A stretch of DNA of 63,216 nt, filler included, from Basidioascus undulatus (taxonomy: Eukaryota): assembly GCA_000826855.1 (NCBI GenBank). It is 6 parts of 6 records of this genome, joined end to end, with 100 filler letters (N's around TTAATTAATTAA, not from the genome) between each part and the next. Parts side by side here need not be neighbours in the genome. Positions count along the whole stretch, not along the records: positions 10,567 to 21,032 come from JTLS01001123.1; positions 21,133 to 31,586 come from JTLS01001124.1; 4 more parts are not named here. One strand, 5' to 3'. The notes under the pieces are model-generated. The model saw nothing but the letters and a program-made list of their open reading frames with translations. It was not told where the DNA came from and did not search any database. The position numbers and the translations under genes were made by a program. This document shows, piece by piece, positions 12,669-26,129 of this stretch. The number at the start of each line of letters is the position of its first letter. Position 1 is the stretch's first letter.

Positions 12669-14111
12669 ATGTCCTCCTCTAACACCACTCACCCCGCCGT
12701 GCTCTGCCACGGCGACGCACCCTGGGAGGTGTCCGCCGTCCCTCGTCCGACACCGGCGTCTTCCGAAGTCCTCATCCGCGTGCTTGCGTGCGGCCTGTGC
12801 GGCGGCGACTCGGTCCTCCGTTCCGGGGCAGGCTCGACGTACCCCCTCGTCCCAGGGCATGAGGTAGTGGGCGTTATTGAGGAGCTTGGGGAGAACGTGG
12901 AGAGCGCTGTGGCTGGCAGGAAGGAGGGGAGCCCGTGGAAATGGAGGGTGGGCATGCGCGTCGGCGTCGCTTGGAACGCCGGCAAGTGCGGAGAGTGAGT
13001 TGAGCGGTGAGCAAGGCTTTCATCCTGGGGACGCTTAAGTGGACGGAATCAGCTGACGGAAGAGAGGAATAGATGCCATTACTGTCGGAACAACAACCCG
13101 CAGGGGTGCCATATGGGTGGGTCGGAAGCGCAGCGGACGAGGACCGGGCGTTGACTTGTTCCTCTTCGCCGAGGCAGCTCACGCAACCGCCCTAACGCGC
13201 CATGGCGGTCTCGCGACATACAAGACTGCACACCACACCGCCCTCGTTCCCTGGCCGGAGGCACTCCCGCCCACGCAGGCTCCGCTGCTCTGCGCTGGGC
13301 TGACCGTCTTCAACGCTTTGCGCAACTCCCGTGCGTGCAAGCCAGGGTACGTTGCCCTATTTCCTGCCTAACCAATTTTGACATGGAGTTCTCATCACCT
13401 GCCCTCATACAGCGCGACAGTCGCCATCCTTGGCCTCGGCGGCCTCGGCTCCATCGCCGTCCCCATCGCACGCGCACTCGGCCTCACACCCATCGTCATC
13501 TCGCACTCCCCTTCCAAGCGCGCCGCTGCGTCTGAACTGGGTGCAGCAGCGTTCATAGACGGGAAAGATGCCGCGCTCGCTGAGCGGATAAGGGGCGCGG
13601 TTGATAAGCCGTGGGGAGGCGACGGGCCAGGCGGTGTCGACCTGGTGCTCGCTACTAGTCCGGAGGGCGAGACGATGGAGAAGGTTTGCGAGGCACTGGC
13701 TATGGTGAGCTCTTCCTCTCCGAATGCCAGGCTTAATGCGGTGTTTGATTCTAACGTGCGTTGCAATCTCCAGGACGCGGAGATTCTCCTCCTTGGCGAA
13801 CCTCCTTCCCTCCGCCTCTCTCTCCCACTCATGCCGCTCCTCCTCAAGCGCGCATCCGTACGAGGTCAGTCTTACTCCTCCCAGTCCACCCATTACCGTC
13901 GACTTCGTATTCCTTTTTCTGAAACACTGTCCCCGGCCCAACAGGCTGGACAGCCGGTATTCCCTCCGACGCATACGCGACACTGCTCTTCTGCCTCGAG
14001 CACGGCATCCGCGCCCGCGTGCGGACGATCCCGCTTAAGGACGCTGAGCAGGGCTACCAGGATCTGGGAAAGGAGGCGGGCCGGACTGTGGTTGTTCTTG
14101 AGGACGCTTAG
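12669..14111 (+). CDS. Zinc-binding medium-chain alcohol dehydrogenase
   Basis: CGLCGGD, YPLVPGHEVVG, structural-Zn cysteines across an intron (KCGE|CHYCRNNNPQGC), APLLCAGLTVFNALR, Rossmann VAILGLGGLG. Confidence 0.9.
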
Positions 14112-14385
14112 AAAGCTAAAAGGAGTGTGGTTTATTTGGGTCGGACCACGGATTGCCTATGGCCCGCGAGCTCATCCTGCCCCAATAAATGCTTTCTCTA
14201 GAATTTGTACATACTCGCTTCCGACTACTTTCTCAATTCGTCATGCAGGCGTTGTGAGGCAGCCAGTGATGCTGCCCGGACGATCCGCGGGTAGAGTGCG
14301 GCGGTCGCCCCGACCCTCCGTCGCGCACTGCGTCGGGCTGCCTTGCCCGTCACCATCATCATCAACCCGTCCAAACTCGATCAGA

Positions 14386-15047
14386 ATGGGCAAGCTCCTC
14401 GCCAGAGTAGCGATTACCTTCGGGCTCCTTACGCTCTTCCACTGTCAGTCGCGCTGACACCATCATCCCGATCGACACTACCTCAGCTCACCGCCTTACT
14501 CCCCCCTGCACGCAGCCGGGTACTCAGCCTACCAGCTCCGCGCCTTACACCCTGATCATCCTCCTCTCGATGTGCGTCCCAGACCACATTTCCTCATCCC
14601 CGCCGAAAGCTTATGGAGGACCTCGCTTGTTAGGTTGTTCTGGAGACGCTCTTCTCTCTGATCGTCTTCTCCCTCGGCGTGACGGCGTCGGTTGAGCCGC
14701 TGAAGGAGATTGGGTGGCAGGCGGTGATGAGGACATGGTGAGTTGCTTCTTTTTGATCTGACGCATGCTACTCGGGTCTGGGGAGTGTTTCTTGAGGGGC
14801 GGCCTTGGGCGGACGGCATCGTCTCGGCCAGCTGGCGTGTCTGCGCAGCGCGGAAGTCCATTGCACGCCCACGCACCACCCATGCACCTGTGTCTGATGG
14901 CGTCGCGCTGATTCTTCTTTCACTACCTATCTCAGGACCGTCGAGCAAGCCTCCCTGCGACCAGGCTTCACCAACTACCGGCACCGTGGGACTCTGCTCT
15001 TCTCCGACGCCAACTCTGATACGAAGGCGGTAAAGGCGATGTCATGA
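14386..15047 (+). CDS. EMC5: ER membrane complex subunit 5 / MMgT family
   Basis: Spliced MGKLLARVAITFGLLTLFH|SGYSAYQLR..PPLD|VVLETLFSLIVFSLGV..LKEIGW..W|TVEQASLRPGFTNYRHRG...*, matching the MMgT motifs HSAYS, PLDIVLET and RPxFxxxxHRG. Confidence 0.82.
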
Positions 15048-15895
15048 ATAGGATTTCGAGGTTCTTGAGCAGTGTGAGCGTTCCATGGCCTGCACGGGCA
15101 TGTGCGGAGCGTCTTCATATCTGGAGGTCGAGCGGTCTAGTCGAAGGCGGGCGGAAAGGGTTGCCCATAGCTCGACGTGCGGTTGCGGTTCGCGCGGTCC
15201 GCACGTGCGCATGCGGTCCGCAGCTATCCTATCGTAGGAGAATCCTTTTGTTGGCGAAGAGGGCGAAGGACGTGTCAGCCCAGTCGATCATTTCTCACTC
15301 CCGCTGGGGTCATGGTTCGTCTCAGCGCAACGCGCCTGTTCTCACCGGTGTTTCGAGGCCATCCTCTATCGGGATTATAGACGAACGCATGAATGAATGC
15401 GATGCTCTAGCAACATTCCGTGTGCCCTCAGCTAGCGGCACGCAACTTCCCCTTCCAAGACTTCCCGCTGCGCGGCTTGAAGCTCTGACAGTCACACATA
15501 GCCATCCTCGTTGTAAGCCGCAGTGCGGCTCATGTGTGGTATAAGCTCGTGCGTCAAGCTATATGTCTACAAGTACAAGCGAGTGAAGTGCGCGGTAGGT
15601 CGGGCGTGTGCGGGTGGTAAAGCGAGTGTGCGAAGGGGAGGAGGTGAAAGATTAAGCGAAGAGTAAGTTGTATAGGATGTACGAATGTGCATAGGCCTAT
15701 GGGTAAACCGAGCAAGGAAGGCAGTTACTGCGGGATGGAATGTACGGTGATGATGGGTGACGGGAGAAGAGAGATGATGAAGAATGCGAACGACATGCGA
15801 GCGGGACCGGGACCGAAATATGACAGCGAATGGAAAGGAAGCACATGAAACAATACGACGAAAAATACGAAGGGAAAGCCAAAGGAGAAGAATGT

Positions 15896-17219
15896 TCACT
15901 CCTCCTTCTCGACGCCCTTGCCTGTCCGCGAGTGACGCTTCTCGGACGCCTGGGCGCGGGTCATGCGCGTCCCGAGCCACTCATCCCAGTGGACGAAGAA
16001 CGGCTGCGAGTAGTTGTACTTGAAGCCGTCTGCATCCAAGTATGGGAGTGGGAATCAGCAGGAGCGCGGGATCAAAGGATTTATGCAGAAAAGACGCACA
16101 CTGCTGATGGTGGATGTCGTGGTAGTCGGCCGTGTTAGTGAAGAAAAGGCGGATCGGGTCCAGCGGGTACGCCGCGCCAGAGTGATCAGAGCACGTCCTG
16201 TTCCCCACATCAAGTATCAGAATGCATGCACGCTCGCTCTCTGTCGTCGGGAGAAGTATGCACTTGATTGTCGCGAAGCAGAAGAGGATGGTAGACTGGC
16301 GGATGGTCATGAAGCTGAGCTGGTGCGCGAGCCACGCGCCGACCGAGTCCAGGAGGAAGCCCTCGAGCGGGTGGTTGTAGAGCGCGCCGAACGCGTACGG
16401 CACGTAGAGGCGGTGGTGCACCGAGTGCACGTGCCGGTAGAGGAACTTGTTGACGTGGAAGAGGCGGTGGAGGAAGTACTGGTGCGTGTCCATGATGAAG
16501 CTGTTTGACCACCCGTCCCCCGTCAGCACTTCCTTCGCCCGGTACGCTGCAGATGAGGGATCGTGGCCTCACCATGCGAACCAGAACTGCGCTATCGGAA
16601 TCCCCCACCAGTAGACCCACTCCACGATCCGCTGCCCCTGCCCCGCAAGCACCTTCCCCGCGAGCTCCCCGCCCAGCAGCAGCCGCGCGCCCGCGGCGAC
16701 CCAGTCGGAGAGGGCGGCCATCTCCGCGCGATGGTCGCGGAAGACCTCGGCGGCCGTTTCGGACGGGAGGGTGAAGCACCCGAGCAGGATCTGAAAGACC
16801 TGCTGGATGATGACGGCGCGCACGACCTCGACGATGGTCACCTTGTTGCGGGAGGCGATCTCGGGTGGGGTGTGCAGGCGGTAGCGGTCGAGGGAGGGGA
16901 TGTTCTGTGCGTGTGTGCGGGCGTGGTCCGTCCTTCAGCTTGGGTCCAGGGGCGGAGGTGGGAGGGGAGGGGTGCGCACATCAAGCCAGTGGAAGAAGAG
17001 GGATACCAACCAGTACGTGAGCACGGGCAAGACGATGTTGAGCGTCTTGTCGCTCGCAAAGGAGAGGAGCGAGGTGCGCGGGACGTGGTAAATCGGGTAG
17101 CTCAGCGGCGGCTCGGGCACGAGCTCGTACATCGGCGCTGGCCCAAAGCCGTTGTACCAGCTGCTGCCCTGGAGCGCAGCAGATGCGTTGAGCAGCGGTG
17201 CTGCACCGAAGTCCTCCAT
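15896..17219 (-). CDS. SUR2: Sphinganine C4-hydroxylase
   Basis: FIMDTHQYFLHRLFHVNKFLYRHVHSVHHRLYVPYAFGALYNHPLEGFLLD, DHSG, YHDIHHQ and KYNYSQPFFVHWD (fatty acid hydroxylase His boxes). Confidence 0.93.
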
Positions 17220-20200
17220 GGCGAAAAGAGGGCCGGGAAGGGCGGGATCGGGAAGGAAAGCCGGGAGGACGGGTGGCGAAGGCAGCGGGCCGAAGCGTGG
17301 GAGGAGGTCGGAGGAGGTGAAAGGAATCAAGATCGCTCCCGGATAGGGAGCTATGTAGGGTGGCGGTAGACTGTTGAAATTACTCGAATTATGTGAAAAG
17401 GGCGGTGAAGACTGGAAGGCGGGCGAGGGTGGAAGGGAGGCGAGGAGGACGTCCAGAAGCCGGCGGCCAGATGCGAGAAGCTCAACCAAGCTTCTAAATT
17501 CATCTGCGCGTGCGATCTGACGTGAGCAAGGGCCGAGTCCGACGGACGTCCCGGGCCCCGCTGAGAAGCCGGCCGCCTTGGGACTGAGGAAAATTGCATG
17601 ATTTTTTCGAACAACTCTCAAACAACACCGACACAAGAAAATGAATCGTCTTCAAAGGAACCCCCCGAAGCGACGAGGAGAGGTACCGACGAAAGCACCG
17701 CGGTGGCATGTGGCATGATTCTCTGCAGCAGCATGTGATAATTTGCTGCCAGCCTGCGACGCTCAGATCTTGGGGGTCTCCACCCGCCCGCACTCTGCGC
17801 ATCTGAAGCATTGTGCGTTACCCATAGCAACTTATCAGTCAAAATATCGAAGAGAAAGGACTCCAGGATGTGGGCTCCATGCACGGTCACCACCGACACC
17901 GCGGAGCTGCTTCGTCTCAGCATAAGATCCGGTCGCGCCTGAGCAGTATGTTCGAAGTGCAAGCGTTGCCGCATGCACCCTTTTCAGTATGATCCTCAAT
18001 GCTTATACCTCAGTCCTAGAAACAAAGCTTCCGAAAGCGGTATACGGGACTCGGCTTCTCACTCTTTGCGCAAAGCGGTTTCGCAGCCTCCACGCAACTC
18101 GACGCGTGCTGTAATCTCGGCCTGTGGTAATAACACTCCTTCAAGATATTTCGAGAGGTCCTGAGGAAAGAAAACAGCGCTTGCTCTAAGTACTCCCACA
18201 GATTCAACGTTTCCTTGTCGGTATGCTGTAGCGTTTGTTCTTTTTGACAACTGATTCGCTACAAGATGGCCTAACCTCCTCGTTTGATTTTACGTAGGGC
18301 TCCGGTTGGATGCCGTGATGGTGATGCAGTGATACTGAGTGAAAACGGACATATGAAGCTACGCGGACGGGCAGTCCAAGTTGGGCAGACAACACTGCCC
18401 AACCCACAACGTCTTTTGCGCATAGTTGAAAGCAGGATATTGCGCATCGAAAGTCAGAATGGACTGCCCACAAGAAGATTTGCCAGTCGCTGAAGCAACA
18501 AGCTTAGGAGAACCGTGCTTGTTAGGTTGGTGATATTGGGCGTAGATCTTTCATGAACTTTTTCTACGAGTTTGTAGACTGCGTCGTTTATCCGGCCAGG
18601 GGACTGGGTAGGTTACGGACGTCCGCTGCAGCACACAAACTTGCTGCGGCTTTATCGAACATCACACTTCGTTTCTTCAAGGTTTCGCAATAACGTCCGT
18701 ATCAGATTGATTCCAGCCCTCAGCGACTGCATGTTCGCCGAGCGATCTCTACACACGCTGCCACCGCCGTCAATGTTCCTTCATGGTTCGACTAGGAATT
18801 GTAACAAGTCTCTTATGATCATGGGATAGCACAATAAACAATCAATTTGAGAGCGGCCATGCAGAGAGATAACACCTCAAGCGTCACCTAGAAGGCGCTT
18901 CAAGCCCGCCAGCCAAGCCTTCGCCCCCTTTGAACCCCTAAAATGGCACCACAGCTCGATATGACGTTTGATGGATACCTCATTGCAGAGAAGTAGGACC
19001 GTCAGAACCGGCCGTCCCGTTTCCCGCCCACCGGCAGGCACAAGCTCCTCATATCCCAGAACATCGCACGGACCTCCTCGAGCCGTTTTACCTGAGCGGA
19101 TGATATGATATGTATCTCGAGGGTGTCCACGAGGCGTGAGGTTGATCACCAAAATATGGGTTGATGTACGCGAAGGCCTTCTCGGCAGACCGAGCGCGTT
19201 GACGCCGCTCAAGTGAGAGCAGGCCTATGCTTGTCCGCCCATCTCTGCATGGATTCCGACAAGACGACCGTTTCGGGGGAATGGTCCCAGCTCGCCCTTC
19301 TCGAGATGCTAAGCGCTCGTGCTTCAGTCGACAATCAACAAAGCGAACTAGAATCGAGGCCGCGGGCTGAAACAACGCACAGCGCAAGAAACATCAGAAC
19401 GACGGCGACAAGGACTCCCCACAGCAAGGACGACAAGTTGTGGTATGACAAATAGAACTGGTGAATACTGGAAATTGGCAGACCAAGGCCATATAGGAGA
19501 GGAGGGAGCGATGCGAAAGACGACTGATCGATGGACCGCGACGAAACTTAGGGACAAATCTGTATCCGTTAGCTTCGATTGAACCACTACAATATAGAAG
19601 GATCGCCTTTCTCTTCCGCACTGCGGGAGAGTAGTTCGTGCTAGAAGGACTGGTGTTGCTGAAACCGTCATCTGGCTGCAAGCTGCAGCTGTAGCGGGTG
19701 CGCTGACGAGCGATGCAACACCTGCATACACAACCTGGATCCAGGGGATAAAGATGAGGAAAACACTTCATCTAGTTAGGTGTGCAAACAATGTGCAAAG
19801 TGACCGCTATAGCAGTGTCCCATCACAAGCAGTCGATTGGATGGGGTGATCGCAGCCGAGCATTAATATTGAGATGCTGCCAGAATACTTCGGTCCTCCG
19901 TGATGGGATAAAATGCTTTAATAGGTAGCTTCACATGGTGTGCGTGCCGATCCATGCTGAGAACGGCATTTCTTGGGCGAGGCACAGAAGGGCCGCCCGG
20001 GCGACTTCATGCAGGCGAACCGGCGAACAAACCGATGATCCAAGACAAACAGGAAATGCAACGAAAGAATGCAAGAGAATAAATGAAAGACAAAGCCAGA
20101 ACCCTTCCTCAAACAAAGCAAGTAATGTCATTGAAGAAGGGGGATGCAAGTGCTGGGGTACAAAGGAATGGGGGTGGCGTGATGATGATGGTCCAGGAGG

Positions 20201-20287
20201 TATGGAATAGAGAAGGATAGGTACGAAACAGTATCATTCCGATTCTGTTCCAAGACAGAAAGGAGGAAGGAGAAGAGGATCCAACCC

Positions 20288-21032
20288 TTAGATGCGGTTC
20301 CCGCCGCCGCGGCCCTGCATCTCGTACGCCTCGCCCTCAGCCGCGCGCGTGCGCTGGCGCATGTCCGGGGCGATGGGCGCGCCGTGAGCGCGGATGGCGC
20401 GGCCCGACTCGAGGTCGCCCCGCGCGGGGGTGTTGTAGCCCGTGGACGGGTCGCGCGAGACGTACTCGTCGTCGTCAAAGAGACCGGCCTCGCCGTCGAT
20501 CGCCTCGCGCATGCCGCCGTTGAAGCGCAGGCGGGACGGGTTCCGCTCGAGGGCCATCTCGCGCGCTTCGGGCGAGGGCGAGGGCGGCCTGGACGCCGGG
20601 GGCTCGTACGGCACCTGGGTGTAGAGCGTCGGCGCGGCGGGCGCGTCGGGGTCGCCGGAGGGTCCGAAGATCTTGCAGTCGCTGGAGAACATATTTGGTA
20701 AGCGACATGTTGAAGGAAGGGAGCAACGGAAGAACTCACGCGAGAGCAATCTTGAGAGCCGCAATCCACTTGACACGGCGCTGAACTGCTCGGTGAAAGC
20801 GACCAAGTCAGCAGCAAACATCAATCCGAAATCCATCAAAGACGTACCCTTGAGGGCACCGTTCTGCCAGTTGGACTTGTACTTGATGTCCGCCTTGAGC
20901 GTCATCTTGGTCTGCTGGCTGTGGACGCAGACCCATCGCATCAGCACGGCTCCTTGACGTCAGGCACATTTGCTCGTGGGCACGTACGGGATGTCCGCAA
21001 TGGAGATGTCAATGGACGGCAGGAAGTCGCGC
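20288..21032 (-). CDS. 3' part of MscS-like mechanosensitive channel (5' end lost in gap)
   Basis: RDFLPSIDISIADI..QTKMTLKADIKYKSNWQNGALK..QRRVKWIAALKIALA|DCKIFGPSGDP, typical of the basidiomycete MscS C-terminus. Confidence 0.75.
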
Positions 21033-21132
21033 NNNNNNNNNNNNNNNNNNNNNNNNNNNNNNNNNNNNNNNNNNNNTTAATTAATTAANNNNNNNNNNNN
21101 NNNNNNNNNNNNNNNNNNNNNNNNNNNNNNNN
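21033..21132. other. Artificial contig spacer
   Basis: 44 N + TTAATTAATTAA + 44 N. Confidence 0.98.
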
Positions 21133-21155
21133 CCCCTCTGCTCCACCGGATCCCT

Positions 21156-24100
21156 TCAGCCGGACCCGTTCTTCGACCTCGTCGCGCGGTCCAGGTTGAA
21201 GCACGTCGAGATAGTAGCGACATGTGAGAAGCCCTGTGGGAAGTTGCCGAGAGCTGTGCGGCGCAGCATGTTCAGCGACGGCGAACGGCATATGCGGCAC
21301 AGTCGCGACTGGAGAGCGCACCTTCACCGCCCTTCGAGATCTCCTCGCTAAACAGGCCAAGGTGGTTCGAGTAGCCTGTGAAAACTTTGTGAGATACAAG
21401 GCTGCCGCTTAGGGTTGAGCTGGCAAAGAACCGACCCATGAAGTCCTCGAGCATGTTAACGGCACGGCCGAGATGAATCGGGTCGTACGTTCCCGCGCGG
21501 GTAAGAGCTTCGACCGCCCACAGCGTGCACATCGAGAATGCGCCCTCCTCTGCAAGAAGTGTAGGTTTCAGAACTACGGGACCTGAGAAGACAGGAGAAA
21601 CGAGGGAACACACGTCCGCCAACGCCGTCGGAGACTTTCTCGATGTCGTACCGGTACACGAGGTTGTTCTCGGCTGTGAAGAGGCAGGAGATCAATCCCC
21701 CGACCTCGACTCAAGAAAGATTGACGGATAAAATTACTCAGCCCGCCTTGCTCTGGCGTCCGCAAGATCGCCATGAGCGTCGAGAGGAAGCGCGGGTCCG
21801 TGGCGTTCATGAAGAAACTGCATCGCATTGCTCAGCTGGCTGAGCCTCCCGGTCGGCGATGAGAAAACTTACGTCAGGGGCATGATACTGCAGTGCTCAT
21901 CAACATTGAGACAAAGTTCTCCGGACTAGTATGTGATCTCTTACAGCACAGCGCTGTCCAGCACGTCCTTGTTCTCGTAGCTCTGTTACCCCGCGACACA
22001 GTCAACTAACTCCCCCGCAGGCGATACAGAAACAGAAGCGCACCTGCGAGAAGAATCCCTTCTCAGCGTTCCATCCCTTCTGCTGGATCTCCTCGTAGAT
22101 CTTGTCGCGCGTGAGGAGCCAGGTCATACGGTTCGGGCACGGCAGCGAGCGCTTGTCGGCGAGGCGGATCCCGCGGTCGAGCGCAACCCTGCGTTTCAAG
22201 CACGGCGTCGAGTATCATGGAAGCGCAAGAGCGAAAAAGACGCACCAGCACATGATCTGTCGCGAGTGAGAACGTCAGCCTAAGCCTTTACCTGTGAATA
22301 TACTAACAGAGCGTGCCTTTGAGTACTGTTGGACGAAAGGCAACGGATGAGCATTGTACTACCTGATTCAACGACCAACTACGTACGAGGAAGTTGCGCT
22401 TCATATTCCGGACCTCCCAGATCGAGCTGTCCCCCCCTTCGTCAGCGTCTCGGAGTGCGAAGGGAGAGGTGAGGAAGCGCCGACAGGTCAGGCTGGTTCC
22501 ACGCCCAAACGACATAGTCGACCTGCAGCACAGCATTTGCCTCAGGGTGCCTGTCACTATGCCGGGGAGTACACAAAGTCGCTACGCACGAGGTCCCGTA
22601 CTCCGATCCAGTTGTCGTACGACACTGAGGTGGACGGTGAGCTCAGTCCTCAAGCGCGAAGATTACTCGATGACACCTACGCGGCTTCGAAAACTTCTGC
22701 GCGAGGTAGATGCCGTCGCTGTCCATATCTTAGGGGTTAGTCAAGTGCGGTAGAGTCGAGGAGCAGGAAAGCGTCTTACAGCAGCTCGCCGTAAATGTCC
22801 TGCAATTCAAGGTCAATGCTGCGTCGCCCCTCAGGTACGACCGAATGAACATACCAGCTGCAAATGGTCCACTGCCCCGTTCCCGATATGCACGGGCTTC
22901 TGCCCTTTCTGCAGCGGGCAACACTCTACGTGAGTTGCGTTCACAGCCTCTCTAGAGGATAGTCACTCTCACGTGTCCGTCCAAATGCGGGAGCTCCCTC
23001 TCGGGCATCTCACGCCTCCCGTGGATGGTATAGCTGAGTGAAACAACGTGAAACGTCAGGGAACATTCCGAGACCGTGCGGGATGCAGACAAGCACGTAC
23101 ACGATCTGCAGTCCGCCGTCGGGGTTGCGGTCGCGCATGAGGCCGGAAAGCCATTCGACGTACTCTGCGTGGCAATGACGCTATTCAGCTCTTTATCTTC
23201 CGGTGTAGTCGAATAGAGAGCCTCACGGTCCGCCTCCTCCGTAAAGCCCAGTCGCAGCAGGGCGTAGACAGTGAAGGACGAGTCGCGCAGCCAGGAGTAG
23301 CTGAATGGCGGCGAACATTAGCTTAACGCATGAACAGATAGAACGCCGACGCTCGTACCGGTAGTCCCTACAAATCCTTGTTGAGCAAGAGTCAACCGGT
23401 TCAGCCCAGTCAGTTGGAAGTCACACACCAGTTCCTTCCGGCCCCGTGCAGGTCCTCCGGCAGGGAGAACGTCGGGGCGGCGACAATCGCGCCTGCCCGA
23501 GTATTGAGTCTTTTTCTCAGTCTCTTATTAAGGGAGGTACGCTCAGGGGATGGGATGGTGCGCACCAGTCGGGGAGAACGTGAGGAGCTTTAGAGCGAGC
23601 GCACTGCGCTGCACGAACTCGCGCCACCTGCCCGTGTATGTGCACCGGCTGAGCCACTTGAGCCAGTAGGCTTGCGTGTCGCGGAAGAGGGCATCGCAGA
23701 ATGCCTGTGTTCAAATGGGTAGAATGCGTGAGAGGTGATGGAGCTTGGGAGATGAAGCGTTTCCGCGTACTTGGGTGAGCGGCGGGTCTTCAGTGCTGTT
23801 GGCCGCCGAAGCGCCCTTCTTGCCCATCAAACCAGGCTGCGCCGTGCTCTCTCCTTGCGTTTCTGAAATGCGCTTCTCATCAGCAACTGCCTAATCAGAA
23901 GCGAGCAGGAAATAGGACGCGTACGCCTCGGGCCGTCCGCCTCGCCGCTCGTCCTGGGCGCAGGGATCTCACGAAGTACGAACGTGATGCTCTGGCCCTC
24001 CTTGAGCGTGAAGTCGGCGGTCACGCCGAGGCCCTTGTGGCCGCGCTCGCTGAGGTCTAGGTAGTCGAGGTTGAGCGACGGCCGGCCGCCGACGACGCCG

Positions 24101-25016
24101 TCCTTCGTCACGTAGCGGAAGTCGAGGTTCATGTGCTCCTGGCAGGTGAACACGGCCTTTTGGCCCTCCAGCGCGCCGGGCGAGGAGTTGTCCTCGATAG
24201 ACGTCTCGTGCGAGGACATCGCGTAGTTGAACGCGGGCGCGACTTCCATGTGGTAGGTCATGGTGCCGCGGATGACCTCTGCGAATGTTGAAATGAGCAA
24301 CGCGTACTTGACCTTAATGCGCGAACGTTTGCAGCTTACCGACTCGCCGAACAAGCCAAGGGAGGAAAGAAGGGGAGTTTCCATTTGGGTTGGGGAGAGG
24401 CATGAAGTCTATTTTGACGTTCTATCAGCGCTGGACGCAACTGGCAAACGTCGTTTCAACATACCTTCGATCTGGCCCACACCTGTAAAGGCCCGGCATG
24501 TTAGCGTGGGGTAAGAGCGAAGAGTCTCAAAAGCAACACTCACCCTCCTCGGACAAGAACTTGGTCGCGAGGATGTTAGTGGACGGGCAGTACATCTGCT
24601 TGGACTGCGTTTCGGTCGTCGTTGCGATGCTCCAGTGCCCTCCCCTTCCGTCGCACACTGCTTCAGAAGAATGAACCATTACCAGGTATGTCTTCGGACT
24701 CACTTGTCCTTATCCAAGATCCGGGCGAAAACGCTGTTGATGCCAAGTATGTTTAGGTCGCGTCCACGGGTTATTCTACGGCTCGACTGACCTCGGCGAG
24801 TCGAAGTGCGGCCAGCACAGGCTCGACACCGTTCCGCTCACGGACACCAGCGCTGCAGTACGCATGTTGCCTATCCACCACGATTCCTTCATGCCGATGT
24901 CCTCCGTTTTCCAGGTTTGTCGACCTCTCATGCTCACCGATGAGGCCATGGTCCGCAATGTCTGTGTATCCCGAGGCGTACTTCGCGCCTCCGGAGCGGT
25001 TGGGCTTGATGACCAT
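21156..25016 (-). CDS. Glycoside hydrolase family 15 (trehalase/glucoamylase-like), apparently intracellular
   Basis: [91 protein letters not shown] and [10 protein letters not shown]. No signal peptide. Confidence 0.92.
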
Positions 25017-25284
25017 GCTGGTGGGATATCTGAGCGGTATGTGAGGATCGAAGTAGGGGACTAGGCTGGAAAGAGTTGGATCGCAGATAAGGTCGTGGTC
25101 GAAGGATGACCTGTACAGTGCTCTGGCATTCCCATTAATCGAGGCGCTCCTGGCAGAGCATCGCAACGGCAGTTAACTCTGAGCGAGATGACGTCGCTCC
25201 GAATCCCCGGACGGGACGCTGCTGTCGCCGAGTTGTCGCCGAACACGCGCTCATGCCCTTGTTCCCGACCTCCTCGATCAACGA

Positions 25285-26129
25285 ATGTCCAGTCCGCCTC
25301 GACCATCGCCAGCACGGGGCTCGTCGTTTCTGAGACCGCCCCCACCGCTGCCGTCGACCTCGGCAAACAGCTCGAGCGAGCAGGCGAGCAGCGGCCAGCC
25401 GAGGCGGTCGCCCCGCGCGAGGCGAGCACCGGCGGAGGATCCTCAGTCCGTCAATTTCCTGTCGCCTTCACGAGTAACACTTCTCTGACACCCCCATAGA
25501 TGGCTAGACTGCATAATCACTGCAGCGAATGAGCGTTGTGCGGAGCACCAGCAGACCATCTCCCGTCTCGCGGTCCGTCTTCCAGCCGCCTCTGTCCTCC
25601 TCACGCGCGCTCAATCCCTTCCCCACTCAGAGCTCAGTACAAAACCACGAATCCACCTGGCAGTCACTCCTGTCGCAGCTCACCAACCTCGACCACCAAG
25701 CGACGTCACTCGTTGATGAGCTCTCGGCTCTGACGGCCTCACTCGGCGGCGGCGCGGACGAGGTGGCCGCGCTCGAAGGCGCAAGCGCGACGGTGGAGGC
25801 GCGCCTGGAGGAGGTCGTGCGCGAGCTGGAGTATCGCATGCTGATTGTTAAGAAGGGGAAGGAGGAGGTGAGTCGTTTCCGATTGAGCGTCTAGCTGGCG
25901 ATGCTGAGATGGAGATGGGTAGATCGTCAACAAGGGTGTTGCGATGCGCCTGCAGGAGGACGAGCGGCGGGAGGCGGGAAGGAATAGGGAGAGGATAGGT
26001 CTCAGTGTGTCTTGTTCTTCTTCAGGTGAACGTGGAGATCTTATGCTGACAGTGTCCGACGCAGTCGCCCTTTCCATCGTTGTCATCGCACTATCATGCC
26101 TTGCCGCGCTCCTGAGCTGGTACGGCTAA
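25285..26129 (+). CDS. Hypothetical coiled-coil protein with a single C-terminal transmembrane anchor
   Basis: S/P-rich N-terminus, heptad-like exon (WQSLLSQLTNLDHQATSLVDELSAL...VEARLEEVVRELE), final exon ALSIVVIALSCLAALLSWYG*. Introns are GT-AG. Confidence 0.55.

Noticed and set aside
17700..20200. 2.5-kb gene-free stretch as a possible transposon or gene relic
   Set aside because: No transposase, RT or integrase motifs and no terminal repeats were found, only short hydrophobic ORF fragments.
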